Made by a program: the position numbers and the translations under genes. Below the pieces are notes generated by a model. The model ran no database searches. It worked only from the letters and a program-made list of their open reading frames with translations, and was not told where the DNA came from. Of a stretch of DNA of 64,000 bases, positions 41,225-55,705 are shown piece after piece. Each line of letters begins with the position of its first letter. The stretch's first letter is position 1. The DNA is taken from assembly GCF_009914755.1 (NCBI RefSeq), contig NC_060937.1, one strand, 5' to 3'. This DNA comes from the human T2T-CHM13v2.0 reference genome, Homo sapiens.

Positions 41225-41660
41225 AAAATGACAGGTAATAAGTGTTGTAGAGATGCAGAGAAAGTGGAACTCTCAAACATTGCTGATGGGAATGTAAAAG
41301 TGTGCAACCACTATGGAAAAAAAAATGACAGTTCCTCAAAATGTTAACCATTATGACCCAGCAATTCTGTATCTAGGTATATACTCAAGAGAAAGGAAAT
41401 ACGTGTCTACACAAAAACTTGTACATGATTGTTCATAGCAATGTTGTTCATATTATCCAAAAAAAGAAACAACTCAAATGTTCCTCAATTGATGACTATA
41501 TAAATAAAATGAGATATGTCCATATAATGCAATATTATTTGCCAATAAAGAAGATCAAAACAGTGGATATGCTACAATGTGGACAAACCTTAAATATGTT
41601 ATACTAGCTGAAAGAAGCCACTCCCAAAAGATAGCATATTATATGACTGCATTTATTGAT
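41225..41660 (+). mobile_element. L1MB-like fragment (ORF2 end/3' UTR)
   Basis: acattgctgatgggaatgtaaaa...tatgacccagcaattc...ctaggtatatac...acacaaaaacttgtaca...gttcatagca. Confidence 0.8.
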
Positions 41661-41684
41661 ATACTACAATATTGATAAATATGT

Positions 41685-43435
41685 TGTATTAGGTTTGTTC
41701 TCAGGCTGCTGTGAAGAAATAATTGAGACTGGGTAATTTATAAAGAAAAGAGGTTTAATTGACTCACAGTTGTGCATTGCTGGGGGGTCCTCAGGAACCT
41801 TACAATCATGAGAGAAGCCACCTCTTCACAGAGCTGCAGGAGAGAGAATGAGTGCAAGCAGAGGAAATGCCAGACACTTATAAAACCATCAAATCTGTGA
41901 GACTCACTCACTACCATGAAAACAGCATCAGAAACCACCCCCTTGATTCAATTACTTCCACCTGGTCCCACCCTTGACATAAGGGGGTTATGGGAATTAT
42001 AATTCAAGATGAGATTTTGGGTGGAGACACAGCCAAACCATATGATTCTGCCCCTGGCTTCTTCCAAATCTCAAGTCCTCACATTTCAAAACACAATCAT
42101 GCCTTTCCAATAGTTCCCCAAAATTTTAACTAATTCTAGCATTAACCCAAAAGTCCAAGTCCAAAGTCTCATTTAAGACAAGGCAAGTCCCTTCCACGTA
42201 TGAGCCTGTAAAATCAAAAGCAAGTAGTTACTTCCTAGATACAATGGGGGTACAGGCATTGGGTAAACACACCCATTCCAAATGGGATAAATTGGCCAAA
42301 ACTAAGAAGCTACAGGTCCCATGCAAGTCTGAAATCCAATAGGGCAGTTATTAAACCTTAAAGTTCCCAATGATCTCCTTTGGCACTATGTCTCACATCC
42401 AGGTCACACTGATGCAAGAGGTGGGCTCCCATGGCCTTGGACAAGTCCACCCCTGTGGCTTTGCAAGGTGCAGGCCCCCCACCCCCTTCCCAGCTGCTTT
42501 CGTGGGCTGGCATTGAGTGCCTTCACCTTCTTCAGCAGTAGGGTCCAAGCTGTTGGTGGATCTACCATTCTGGAGGCTGGAGGACAATGGCTCTCTTCTC
42601 ACAGCTCCACTAGTCAGTGCCCCAGAGGAGATTCTGTTTGGGGGTTCAACCCCACATTTCCCTTCTGCACTTTTCTGCTCTGCTTCCTCTTGAATGCTTT
42701 GCCAATTAGCAATTTATTCTGCCCAATACCCTAAATCATCTCTCTCAAGTTCAATGTTCCACAGATCTCTAGGGCAGGGGCAAAATTCTTTCTTTGATAA
42801 AGCATAGAAAGAATCACCTTTACTCCAGTTCCCAACAAGTTCCTCATCTCCACATGAGACCACCTCAGGTTGGACTTCATTGTCCATATCACTATCAGTA
42901 TTTTGGTCAAAACCATTCAACAAGTCTCTAGGAAGTTCCAAAATTCCCACATCATCTGTCTTCTTCTGAGCCCTCCAAACTGTGTCAACCTCTGTTTCCC
43001 AGTTCCAAAGTCACTTCCACATTTTCGGGTATATCTTTACAGCAGCGCCTCACTACCTTGGTACCAATTTTACTGTATTAGTCTGTTCTCATGCTGCTAT
43101 GAAGAAATTCCTGAGACTGGGTAATTTATAAAGAAAAGATGTTTAATTGACTCACAGTTTTGCATTGCTGGGGAGGCCTCAGGAAACTTACAATTATGAC
43201 AGAAGGCACCTCTTCACAGGATGGCAGGAGAGAGAATGAGTGTAAACAGGGGAAATGTCAGACACTTTTAATGCCATCAGACCCATGAGACTCACTCACT
43301 ATCACAAGAACAGCATAAGGGAAACCACCCCCATGATTCAATTACTTCTTCCTGGTCCTTCCCTTGACATGTGGGTATTATAGAGATTATAATTCAAGAT
43401 GAGATTTTGGGTGAGGACACAGCCAAGCCATATCA
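41685..43435 (-). mobile_element. THE1C-like MaLR with both LTRs (41685-42045, 43074-43435) and an internally deleted interior
   Basis: Two antisense LTRs; flanks TATGT/TATAT (TSD with one mismatch); internal region only ~1.03 kb. Confidence 0.92.
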
Positions 43436-45279
43436 TATATTTTACTATTTTATGAGAACATCAGTTTTCATTTGTATATGGAACATCTCCTTAATACTGA
43501 CATAAACTATTAATCAGTAAACTAATAATGGTTTATGTCAATGTAACACAACTCTGATTCTGAGGGTTTTGCAAATATTTATTGTGCTAGATAATTATCT
43601 TTTTTTGATATCCCAATGTCTGCAAGTTTATCAGTTTTGCTCTTTTTAATTCCTCACCCACTAGTAATTTCCCAACACACTTCTGTCTGATTGCTGCCTC
43701 CGTCATTCCCCTGAAATACTTTTGCTAAGCTCACTGATTTTCTTTTTTCTTTTCAGAAACCAATAGCCTTTTTTTCAGTTCTTATCTCACTGGCTTGTTT
43801 AACAGCACTTATCCATGTTGCTTACCTCTTTCTCTTTGCTCTCACTTTCTTGATTTCTCACCAATATCTTTGATTTCTTTCATTCCAGGATCTTCATGTA
43901 TCTCTTTATTTCCTTTAAATGCTATGTTTTTTCTGGGTTCCCACGCAGTCCCTTTTATCTTCTCATCTTCCCTCCTTCTCTGCATTTCCCTCTCTCATGG
44001 CTTCACGGTAGCTGCCTAATTATCTTCTTCCAAGATGTTTCTTCTGAGTCTCAGATACTTCAGTCTACCATTGTATTGGGTTAGCAAACTGAAATGTCAA
44101 AATCAACATGGCCAGAACAGAATTCCATCCTAATTACTTCTCCCTTCCCCTAATTTGCTCCTCCTTCTGTTCTTTCCACATGCTTAAGCCTATTTCTTGG
44201 GTGTCATCTTTAATTCTTCTTTTTTACTTACTACTAATCCATTACTACAGTCTCAATTTTGTCTCCTGTTTATCCTGTCCACTTCCTTTTCTCTATTGCC
44301 ACTGTGCTATTTGAGACTACTACCAATTCCTATCTGGATTAGAACAATAGTTTCCAAACCAATTTTACAATCACTCATCCAGAAAATGCCCCAAGAAAGT
44401 TTTCTTTATGTGCCTTCTCCATTTCCTCTCTTACAGTTGTTGAACCACACATTGCTGTCAAATACTATTGCCAAAGTAAAGTCACTAGTTATCATTTGCA
44501 GCAGAATCCAATAGAAAATTAGCAGACTGTTGATGGACTGATCATGTCAATACCCATTTAAAACCATTTAGTTAATCACTATGCTGCTGTGATAAAATAT
44601 AGTCTTTTGGGCTTTTGGTTAAATGTGAAAATTTGGCCACATGTTACAATTCAATTATATTCACAGAAGTTTACTTATAATAAGTGAGACAATTCATCTG
44701 GCAACACCTAGGATACATGGAAATATGCGAAAGACAGGCGTGTATTGCTTAACTTCTCGGGCCAACATTGCATCCCAGATAACTCTCCTCCACTTTCTCC
44801 CTTGCAGTCTTTCTGGGGAAAAAAAAAATGTACCAGGAAGGCTCCTCATTCAAAATTCCAGCCAGAATAGAGGGCAGAATGAGTCCTAGAGAAGGAAATA
44901 GATAAACTAAATGACAGTTCACATACCGGCCTGCCTATTTTCGGAATGCTGGCATGCCAGTACACACAGTCCATGCAGAAAATTAAATGACTCTTCTTTG
45001 AAGCAACTGATCAATTCTAGACACAATAATTCCATGTACTGACTGGATCTCTACCCAGTGGGAAGGTAACTCCCCATCTATGGTGAAATCCTTTACTATA
45101 CCCTATCTACATACAACAATTTCCAGATAGCCTCTAATGCACAGTATCAATGGACAATCAATGATCACTGCACATTAAAGGACAATATGAAAAATGTAAA
45201 TGCAAAGGGAAAAACGAAAGAAATGAGCAAATACAGAAAACAGACAGTACAGAAGGAAATACCCCAAACCTATATGAAT

Positions 45280-45960
45280 ATCCTCCAAAAAATGAGAAAA
45301 CAGATTGCATTCTTAAGAAAATAAATTGCTTCCAAAGAATCAATAAGAAAATAAAAAAGAACTTCAGAAAATAAATATATTAAAAATTAAAAATTCAATA
45401 GAAGCATTGGAAGGTAAAATCAAAGACATATTAAACAATCGCAACACACAAAAAGAGAAAGTAATAGGAAGTAAAATGATGAGACATTTGAATTTCATTT
45501 TAGGGGATCCAAATAATAAGAATGTTGGAGAACAGAACTAAACTAATAAAGAGAATGAATTTATCAAGTAAGTAATGTCAATCATTTTCAGAAATGAAGA
45601 GTCATGACTCCCTACTGAATCCACAGTGACCATCACAATGAATGAAAACACACGTGCCTACACACACACAGACATGCATAAACATACACACACAAAGTAA
45701 TCATTGTGAAATTTCTGAATATTGGTGATGAACAAAAGTTACTAAAATCTTCCAGAGAAATAAACCAAGAAACCCAAAATTGATTGCATAAAAAAACAGG
45801 CATCAGATTTGTAGCTGTATCTCAGCAGGAATACTAGAAGACAATGCATAAAAAATGCCTTCAAATTATGAGACAACTGATTTCTGATCTGAAAGCATGT
45901 ACTCAGTTAAATTATCAGCAATCAAGTGTTAGGGTAGATTCAATAGATTTCAGGGGAGGA
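45280..45960 (+). mobile_element. Degenerate L1M/HAL1 ORF1-like remnant
   Basis: A-rich aaaaattcaatagaagcattggaaggtaaaatc...tgtgaaatttc...aaaatcttccagagaaa...gccttcaaatt; family uncertain. Confidence 0.5.
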
Positions 45961-46012
45961 TATGCAACTTGTACCACTTTATCCTTTTTTTAAATCTCTC
46001 TCTCTCTCTCTC

Positions 46013-46320
46013 TTTTTTTTTTTTTTTTTTTTTTTTTTTGAGATAGAGTTTCTCTCTGTCGCCCAGGCTGGAGTCCACTGGTGGGATCCTGACTCTCTGC
46101 AACTCTGTCTCCTGCGTTCAAGTGATTCTTAAGCCTCAGCCTCCCCAGTAGCTGTGATTACAGAAGTGCACCATCATGCCTGGCTAATTTTTGTATTTTT
46201 AGTAGAGATGGGGTTTCACTGTGTTGGCCAGGCTGGTCTCCAACTCTTGACCTCAGGTGATTCATCTGCCTCGGCCTCCCAGAGTGTTGGGATTATAGGC
46301 ATGAGCCGTCACTCCCGGAC
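46013..46320 (-). mobile_element. AluS
   Basis: (CT)n plus poly-T followed by a full antisense dimer. Confidence 0.93.
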
Positions 46321-46748
46321 CAATTTTATTTTCTGTAAACCTTTTGTATAGAGCTGCTGACAAAAGGAGTAACTAAGAAATAAGAAGATATGGGGTCCAG
46401 GAAACATAACATTGAATACATAAGAATGGGAAAAAGGATGACTGTGAGAGGAAGTTTTCTAAGTCAAAAAAAATTAATAACTTAAAGTGATGGGTTTGAA
46501 CATATGGAAAAGATACTGCTAAGCATTTGACAGATCTGCTAGAGCACTTGAGAAAAAATGAAATAAATACTTAGAAAGATGTGACAGATACAAGAAAAAC
46601 TATGCAAATGGATAGATACTATGACAATTATAAATTACAGGATATCAAAAAGATTTCCATAAAAAAATCAGTATAGTATTACCCTAAAAATGAATACTGT
46701 TTTTGTAGGAGCAACTATTACTTTAATAAAGAACTTTGCCAAAACTAC

Positions 46749-47075
46749 GGCAGATGGGGTGGCTCATGTCTATAATCCCAGCATGTTAGGAGCCTAACGT
46801 GGTAGGGTCACTTAAGGCCAAGAGTTTGAGACTAGCCTGGGCAACATAGCAAGACTGCCTTTAAAAAAAAAAAAGAAAGAAAGAAAGAAAGAAACACAAG
46901 CCAGGCATGGTGATGTGTGCCTGTAGTCCTATCCTAGCTACTCCAGAGGCTGAGGTGGGAGGATCTTTTGAGCCTAGGAGTTCAAGGCTGCAGTGAGCTG
47001 TGATCACAGCACTGCACTCTAGCCTGGGGGACAGATTAAGGACCCTGTCTCAAAACCAAACAGAAACCAAAACAA
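46749..47075 (+). mobile_element. AluJ
   Basis: J diagnostics (gcaacatagcaagac, gagttcaaggctgcagtgagctgtgatc); 16-bp TSD AACTTTGCCAAAACTA (46732-46747, 47076-47091). Confidence 0.93.
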
Positions 47076-49520
47076 AACTTTGCCAAAACTATAATATGGG
47101 TGAGGAAAAGGAAAGTAGGGAGTTGGTGGTAAAACAGAAAATCAATAAGCATTGCCAAGAGTTGATAAACCAAAAACAGAAAAACTTCCAACTAAAGGCA
47201 AATGATTTAGACAGGTAAAGTTAATTCCAGAGCAATTAATCAGGTTGGTTATGATTGTCTCCAGGAGCAGGAAACATAGTGTATAAAGAGCTTGTGCATA
47301 GGAATGTTGTCTTTAAAAATATAAGTATTTTGGTACTTTTATTATTAACTAGGTATATTTAGTACTCTGATAAATATAAACTTTTTTTAAAAAAAACTAA
47401 AGGCGAACTTTGCATCATGATTTCTATGGACCTATATAACCTGGTCTTCCATCTTTACAGCCTCATCTTCTAATTGTTCCCCTTGTCTGCACCAACCTGG
47501 TATATACTCTTTCTGCCACACATACTCCTCACTCAATTATTTCAATATTCCAGACTCTTTCTTAATTTCTGGGTGTTCCACTTTGTCTTTTTAAAAGAAA
47601 ATTATTACGTTGACTTGAAAAACACCAATTATATCTTTTTCTCTGTAACTCTTAGTCATTCGTTATGTCTCAGTTTCTCTCAACATAGAACACATGTATT
47701 CTTATGTTCCTTGGCACTCTGTAACTAACTTACAAGAGCACTTCTCTAGAGATAAAAAAAACAAAAATCAAAGCATTGAAAAATTGGATTATTGAGTGAG
47801 ATCTACAGTCAACTTTCTTTGTTTGCACCCATTTTCTGTACCCAGGTATCTAGGTTCTTCCACTGTTCTTGATTATTTCTGACCCTAAACTGTCTTTTCT
47901 ATCTGAATGTTGAGCCATATCTCACAAACTTGTGTAATTTTTCAGTCTGAATTTGGCAGATCTTACTCTAACTAAATGCTCTGGAGAAACCTCTCTAGCT
48001 TTTTCTGGGGGTTAACTTAAATTCATAGTTCTACCACCCTCCATTGAATTCTGGGATCGTAAGGTCATAGTAGTTCATAAGGCTTTCCGGTAAACCAGAT
48101 TTTCTATTCTTGTTATCTATTATTTTTAAAACCAGGTGCAGTCCTCTCTGGGAATCTCTCGCAACTTAACTCTAGTTACCCTAAGGTTGAGTATGCACAA
48201 TCAATCAATCAATCAATCTCTCTATCTCTCTAATCATCTTTTAGAGCACTCCTTTGCCATACATAGCTTTTGACTGGCTCATGCATATTCTCACCTTTCT
48301 GCAGGTACATATGAGTCCATAATGTTTTGCGGACTCAATAAATGTACTCTGTAATCACTTGAATGTAATTTTATGAATGTGCTTTGACGACGTAGTTTGT
48401 CAGAGCAGAGCAATTCCTGGATATATTTCTTGCAGTTCAGCAGCACTTAACCAGATGGCCCCCTATAGTTTTGAAGCAGTTAATGCACCTTGAAAGCAGG
48501 CTGACTTATGAGAGGAATATGCTTGTAGGGAATCAGTAGGAAAGTTTCTATGGCATAGAATATTGAAGAAGTGAAATAAATACTATATAGTTCCATTAAA
48601 AACCAAATTAAGTAAATTAAAATGTGCATTATAATAAACTTATGAAATATGATACACCTTATGAATGTAAGTTTTGCATTATATGTTTCACATTGATGTG
48701 ATTGAAACTTAAGCAGTTTCATTAGCAATAAAACAAATCATGAGTTTTATAGTAATGAGTCTGAATAGGCATTTATATACCTATCTACTATCATGTCAAT
48801 TACTAGTTCTGAAAAAGATCATTTTTAAATTATATATCTGGGAATATATTATCAAACCAGGCCTGAAACTTATTAAACAGATGGTAAAATCTAATTCAAC
48901 TTCATTTAATACTCCTTTTCTCTTAGCCTTATAAAAGCAAATGAGCTTGTCGGCTTTTAATTATGAAAATACAATTTTAATTCATAAGACATATATAACA
49001 AAGCAAGATAGTTGCTAAATTCACTCTCTCCTAGTAACTTCCCATTGTATACATTCATTTTTAATTTAATAAGAAAATCCTTTCAAAATTTTTAAAAGAA
49101 TCACATTACCCAAGAAGAGGCTCAATATTTCTAGAAAATAAATATATTCTTAAGACACTTAATAATTGTTGAAATGAAGACCTAATTCTTCAGCGTTTCA
49201 AAAATATTTGATGTGCACTCTTTACATATATAGAGTTTAAATTCAATAATTTCCCTTCTTAAAAATAAGTGAAACATACCACAAACATATCAAAGCAAGT
49301 TATTCATACTTAATTCTGATTTAAGTTACTGTATTGTCATTATTATTAATGAGAATTGAGTAGCAAAATTATTTTATATCATCCAAAAGCACAAAAGTCT
49401 TATTAGAATACTAATTTCAATGCCTGTTTCACAGATTCGCTCATAATAGATTTTTCATGCTTCTGCACTAATTCATTAAAGGACAATGTTTTACCTGTTC
49501 TTGAAAAAGTATCATTATCT

Positions 49521-49860
49521 GGCCTAGAGTGGTGGCTCCTGCCTGTAATGGAATCCTAACACTTTGGGAGGCCGAGGCTGGCAGATTGCTTGAGCCCAGG
49601 AGTTTGAGACCAGCCTGGGCAACATGGTGAAAACCCATCTCTACAAAAATAAAAATAAAAAAAAAAGTAAAGCATTAGCTGGGCGTGGTGGTGGGCACCT
49701 GTAGTCCTAGCTACTCAGGAGGCTGAAGTAGGAGAATCACCTGGGCCTGGGAGGTTGAGGTTGTGGTGAGCCGTGATTATGCCACTGCATTCCAGCCTGG
49801 GTGACATAGTGAGATCTTGTATCAAAAATAATAATCATAAAATAAAATAGAAAATAAAAA
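49521..49860 (+). mobile_element. AluJ (Jb-like)
   Basis: gattgcttgagcccaggagtttgag; TSD TATCATTATCT (49510-49520, 49861-49871). Confidence 0.93.
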
Positions 49861-49918
49861 TATCATTATCTGACATTTTAAAATGTATATTTCCCAACCT
49901 ATAAATATACTTCATGAA

Positions 49919-50201
49919 TTTTTTTTTTTTTTTGAGGCAGTGTCTTGCTGTCTCCAAGGCTGGAGTGCAGTGGCTCACTGCAAGCTCCGCCTCCCGGGTT
50001 CACCCCATTCTCCTGCCTCAGCCTCCCTAGTAGCTGGGAGTACAGGTGCCTGCCAACACGCCCAGCTAATTTTTTGTACTTTTAGTAAAGACGAGGTTTC
50101 ACCGTGTTAACCAGGATGGTCTCGATCTCCTGATCTCGTGATCCGCCCGCCTCGGCCTCCCAAAGTGCCGGGATTACAGGCGTGAGCTACTGTGCCCGGC
50201 C
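49919..50201 (-). mobile_element. AluY-like
   Basis: gcaagctccgcctcccgggttcac.ccattctc and ccaggatggtctcgatctcctga; degenerate TSD ACTTC(A/G)TG(A/G)ATTTTT. Confidence 0.93.
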
Positions 50202-51163
50202 ACTTCGTGGATTTTTAACAAGAGAAAAATTTCAAGATATTGTAAATTTAAAACAAAATTTTATGTGTAATACCATTGAAATGTCTTTAACCAGTATCAA
50301 TCACGTGATATGAAAAATATTAAATATATATTTATTGAATAAATGAATGAAAATCATAATTACCTTGATCACTATATTTAAAATTTAAATGAAGCAGGAA
50401 AGTAAATCTTCCTAATTATCATATACTTAACTGTTTAAAATCACTCTAATGACAAGTAATACGCTTTCAATCTTGCATTATAATTTTAAAATTCCTGTAT
50501 TGTTTCATTCACTCATCCTTCCATTAATTCAGTGAACAAACATTGATTCCTTACCCACTAGGTGCTAGGTATTATGATAGATTCAGGGAGTACAAAAATG
50601 ATTAAATGAGGGGATCAGCTGGAGTGAATGTTTTCTAGAAACAATGCCTATTTCAGTTATGAACTAGTCTGTTTTGAAGAAAGTGGTGAAGGAAAGCTGA
50701 AAATAATATTTTCACTTTATTCAACAAATCTTATTGAGGTCTTATTATGAATCAGGGGCTCTCCTAGGTATGGGCATACGAAATTGATTAAGACCATACT
50801 CGCTTGCAAAAACAAACGAAAAAGCATCTCTATAATAAAAAGGAAAAAGAGGAATCCCCTTTGTAGGTTTCATAGTTTATAGTGATATTTCTGATTTAGT
50901 CTCAGAGAATTAGTCACAATTATAGGAACTCAGAAGACATTCCGATTTGAGATGGAATGGAGAATAAACTGGTTGAGATTACTTAGTGAAATATTGTGAT
51001 GCCATTTACTTCAATTAGAATATAATTATAATTCATTTTAGAAGATATTATGGCTTACACATAGTAGATGTGATGACTGAATAACAGGAATATTGAACGA
51101 TGGCACCTTGGTAGCCATCAGCCATTGCCACAATGATTCTGCATTAAAAAATCTATGCAAAAT

Positions 51164-51487
<324 letters not shown>

Positions 51488-54400
51488 TTAATAAGCATTT
51501 TTTGTTGTTCATGCACCTCTGGTCAGACCCAGTTCAGCTGATCTAGGCTAGGCTTGACTAGCATTGGCTTGAAGCTGAAGCTGATATCCAGACCTGTTCC
51601 ATGTATTTGTTATCCTCCTCAGTGCCCCCAGGTACTTGAAGCATGTTATTGTTATGGCAAAATTCAGGAGTGCAACCTGCCTGTGCAAAAACATGCCGGC
51701 TTCTGTTGCCTTAAATCCTCTAAGCTACCCCTTTGGCTTAAGCAAAGCCACACAGCAAGGATCGAAGTCAAGGAGTGGGGAATTATATCTGTCCCTTAGA
51801 GATGGAGACTGGGGAGAGTGTGAACAAATGCAGGAAAATAATCTCATCTACCAGAGTGTCCTTAAAGATTTTAACAAAATAAATTCAGTATTGTTTTTGT
51901 TTGTTTGAATGAGGCTTTGCATGGACACAGTACAGTACAAAAGTACTATTTGAACTCTTTCTCCACATTCATAAAATTGCTACATAGTTTCTACCATGAT
52001 TATATTTTTTATGATCCATCTTTGTGTACAGATCTGAAAACTTTATGTTAGAATTTATTAGATGAGGAAAGGAACATCTACTGAAATCATCGTATACAAA
52101 TATTTCTCAATATTTTAATGCTTGCGGTATTGTTAATGTTTCTGTGGAAAAATACTTAAAATCATAGAAGTGATTTATCAGTCAGTTATTGATTTATTCT
52201 AATGAATTATGAAAATCAAACTAAATTACTAATAGAGAAATTACATTTGAAATACTAGTCTGAGCTACAAATGAGATGGATTTTTGTGCTCACCATTTGT
52301 ATTCTAATTATTTTTGTTAAGATTGGGTTATTAAGACGTAATTATAACATTATCAGCAGAAAACCCTGTCGTGCTATAATTAAATCATCTAAACAATCAT
52401 TTTTTGCGGTCTTAATATCCTGGATTTCTCAATTTATTGTAGTAGATAAGATTTCTCTTTAAATACTATTTATTATCAATAGTTTGCTTTTCTGTGAATG
52501 CTAGAAAATTTAGAATTCTGCATTAACATTTAATAACAATATATACTATTCTAATATTGATGCATTATATTTATCTACACAACATGCAACAAGAGAGAAC
52601 TATTGTATAAATTAGAATATTTGCAGTCTATGGCAATTATCTGTAGCAACTTTTTTTTTGTCTTCAGAAAAATATAGATGATTTTGGAAATGGGTTAGTT
52701 CTAGTTTCAATCTAGGAAGAACAACTTATGGAAGTTTTGCTTACAGGATACTGGTGTTTTCAAATATAATGCATTATTATTTTAGTTTGGTTTCTTTTAC
52801 CACATACTTAGAAATTGTTCAAGTGAACAGGCTATTAAAACTAATGGTGTAGCTACATGGTATAGATAGGCATTGCAGACATCCCACTCTTCCCAAGCCA
52901 TGAATTTTATCACTGGGATAAGGAGATGAAAATGGAGTCATTGGGAAAATGGATTCTTTGCTTATAATTATTTTTCTTCCTTTAAAAAGATTCTTCAAAG
53001 GGCAAGAATATGGAAGTATTTCAGGAGACATTCTTGAGGTATCTAAAATACATACTCTTCCTATCAAAATCAATAAATAGATTGATGTTAGTAAGATAAA
53101 GTCAGGGCAACTGATTTTGCATGTGGGTGTACACACAGACACATATCCACATATTCTCCATCTGTTCTCAGTTACTGAGCTATTAGACTCAACTGAATGA
53201 TCACTTGACTGTGTTTAACCTGATAAACAGACTCTTAACAAGAAGAACAATATTTCTACTTCTCTGCATGCATCAGCCACTCTCCTTCCCCATCCTAATC
53301 TGCCAGATTGTCCTCTAAATATCAGTTCCACTTGGAGACACTAGTTGAAGTTGTTGTAAATGACATTAATGAGTATTCTCTCTACCTGCTCTCACATAGA
53401 TTCAATTTTCATAGGAAGGTCTCCATGGGATGAAGCCAAAGGACTTAGTGGAATAACTCTATATGACTCCATAAAGTAAAGAGAGAATGTTGTGAGTTTA
53501 ACAGAGTGCCCCTTCCTTTACTAAATGTGAGCGATGTTTCAGTATAGGAGGCCAGAATGAAAAGTCCTAAAGTTTGTGTGTTTGGGCAGCCAACAATTGG
53601 TCACACTGCACATTTCATGTTCCAAAGAGCCTCATGGTAGCATAAATGAGGGACAGGAAAAGATGCTTAACTGTGCCCAGGGCTTTAAAATGGAGCAAGA
53701 GCAAGAATTCTAGAAGTTGACAATATCAGGAAGGAAACCTCTGTAAGCAGGCACGTAGGGGACTCCAGAAATCCCTTCTTTGCCCCTACAACTCTGGACT
53801 TTCAGAAATACACACCCCATTCTCCTGTATTAAGACAGAATTCATGCACACAACAACATCAAAAATCAATTTTAAAATAGTAAACCTAAGGTAGACGTAA
53901 AGACATTATAACCTCAGCATGCCTGAGATCTGAGGAGCAAAGCAGAAAGATGTGAAGGTGAAGAGAAAGGGACATTGTGCTAACCAATCATTTAAAATTT
54001 TTACTCCAGAGAAACGGCAATATTTCACAGATTGTTTCTCATCATCAATCTCACAAGTATAAGTAGGTTTCAAAAATTTTCCTCTCAATTCTTTTCCTTG
54101 ACAGTGAAGTCCAGAGTAGGTTTGTTTAGATCTAACTCTTTCTCAGCCTCAATACTCCACAATCACCTTGGCTTTTTGGATTATGACTGGGTGGCATGTA
54201 CTATTATTTTAATATTAAAGATTTAGTAAATAATTTTAAATATTATTCTTAAATAACTACAGGCTTTATTCATTTACTGTACATATTTCTAAAACATTCA
54301 TAAGAATGTAAGGATTTTAATTCAAATGGTCCCTAAAGTAGAAGATGCACTCACAGATTATGCATATGTCTTTTAAGAAACAGAAATGTGCCATTTGTTA

Positions 54401-55129
54401 TTAAATTGAGTAGACTTTGTATCCTTTAGAATTTTGGCAGGGTTTTCTTAGGGAATCTATCAACCATATCTTAATTTTCTTCTTTTTGAGGTTTTCAAAA
54501 TTAACATTGGCATTGATCCACTAATTCGTTGTTTTCTATTTTTGGATGAAATTGCATAGATTACCTCCATCTTAATTTTCAACGTAAACTTTTAGCAGAC
54601 TCTTTCATGTTTCATTGCCATGTAAGCAGATGTGATTTTTATTCTTTTTCCTTTTCATTGAACAGTTACTTCATTTGAAATTTTTCACTTGATTTAATTT
54701 CAGTTTATTTGGTGGTAGATACATCTGTTGCTACCTGTGTTTGGTTGTCATTTTAATGGGTTGCCTAGAAGCTGTAACCACAATAGTGGTACATTTTCCT
54801 GCTGTTCCTTTATTCTTTGTTTCATGTATATCTATTTTCAAGAAATTGCATTGGTATATTATCATAGATTTCCTTTTTGTCTCTCAGATTTTCTATTATT
54901 TTTTTTATTTACGACTTTGGAAACATTTCATGATTGTTACATAGAACATCAGAGCACTTTTAGAAATTTTTCACGGTTTTCCAAATGCACATTGATATAG
55001 ATTATTTAGTAGTTATTACAAAATGATCTTTGGAGCAATAAATGCTGTTATGTAAGAACAATTCCCAAATGTAATTTGAAAGTTATAAGCTAGCCTTTGA
55101 TGGCCTAGAATTAATATACCTTTATAATT

Positions 55130-55270
55130 GGGTGCATAATTTTCAGGGCCCAGTAAGAAGTGAAAATGTAGATCCCTTTGTTCAAAAATTACAAAGAATT
55201 TCAAGATGCCCATCATAGGTCATGCACGAGGCCTTTCTAAATGGATAGAACGACCATGAAGCCATGGGCA
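55130..55270 (-). mobile_element. hAT-type MITE remnant (MER91-like)
   Basis: cataattttcagggcccagt...gaaaatgt...ccctttgttcaaaaatta...gaatttcaagatg...ccatgaagcc; family from recall. Confidence 0.55.
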
Positions 55271-55623
55271 TTGTTTTGTTTTGTTTAATCTTACTGTTTG
55301 GTTGTAAAGCAGATCTTTAAATCAAGAGAAAAAAGAACACCAAAGAACATCTCTATCAGAATGTTTAAAAAATTATAGAAGGTTAGATCCATAAAAATGA
55401 AAGGAATAAAGAAAAAACACATATCCAACCTCAAATATAAAGCATGGAATTCTTATATGAACTCTATTATAGTGCTTGATATTTCAGCTATATTTTCATT
55501 TTTGAACAACTCTAGATATATCTATTTTATTTTAGTCTAAAATTTAATTTTTATAAATTCTAAGTACTGTCCCAAATTCTACCGTAGATAAACAATTCAG
55601 AGATAACTCTGTTTTCTTTTCTA

Positions 55624-55705
55624 TTAGGTGGAACCATATGAAATTGTCAGTATTCAGCCTTTTTTGTCCTACAAAAAAAAATGACAGTTTTATGTTTCCA
55701 CCTAA
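55624..55705. mobile_element. MADE2-like mariner MITE (imperfect palindrome)
   Basis: TTAGGTGGAACCATATGAAATTGTCA...TGACAGTTTTATGTTTCCACCTAA: inverted termini, ~80 bp, preceded by TA. Confidence 0.8.
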
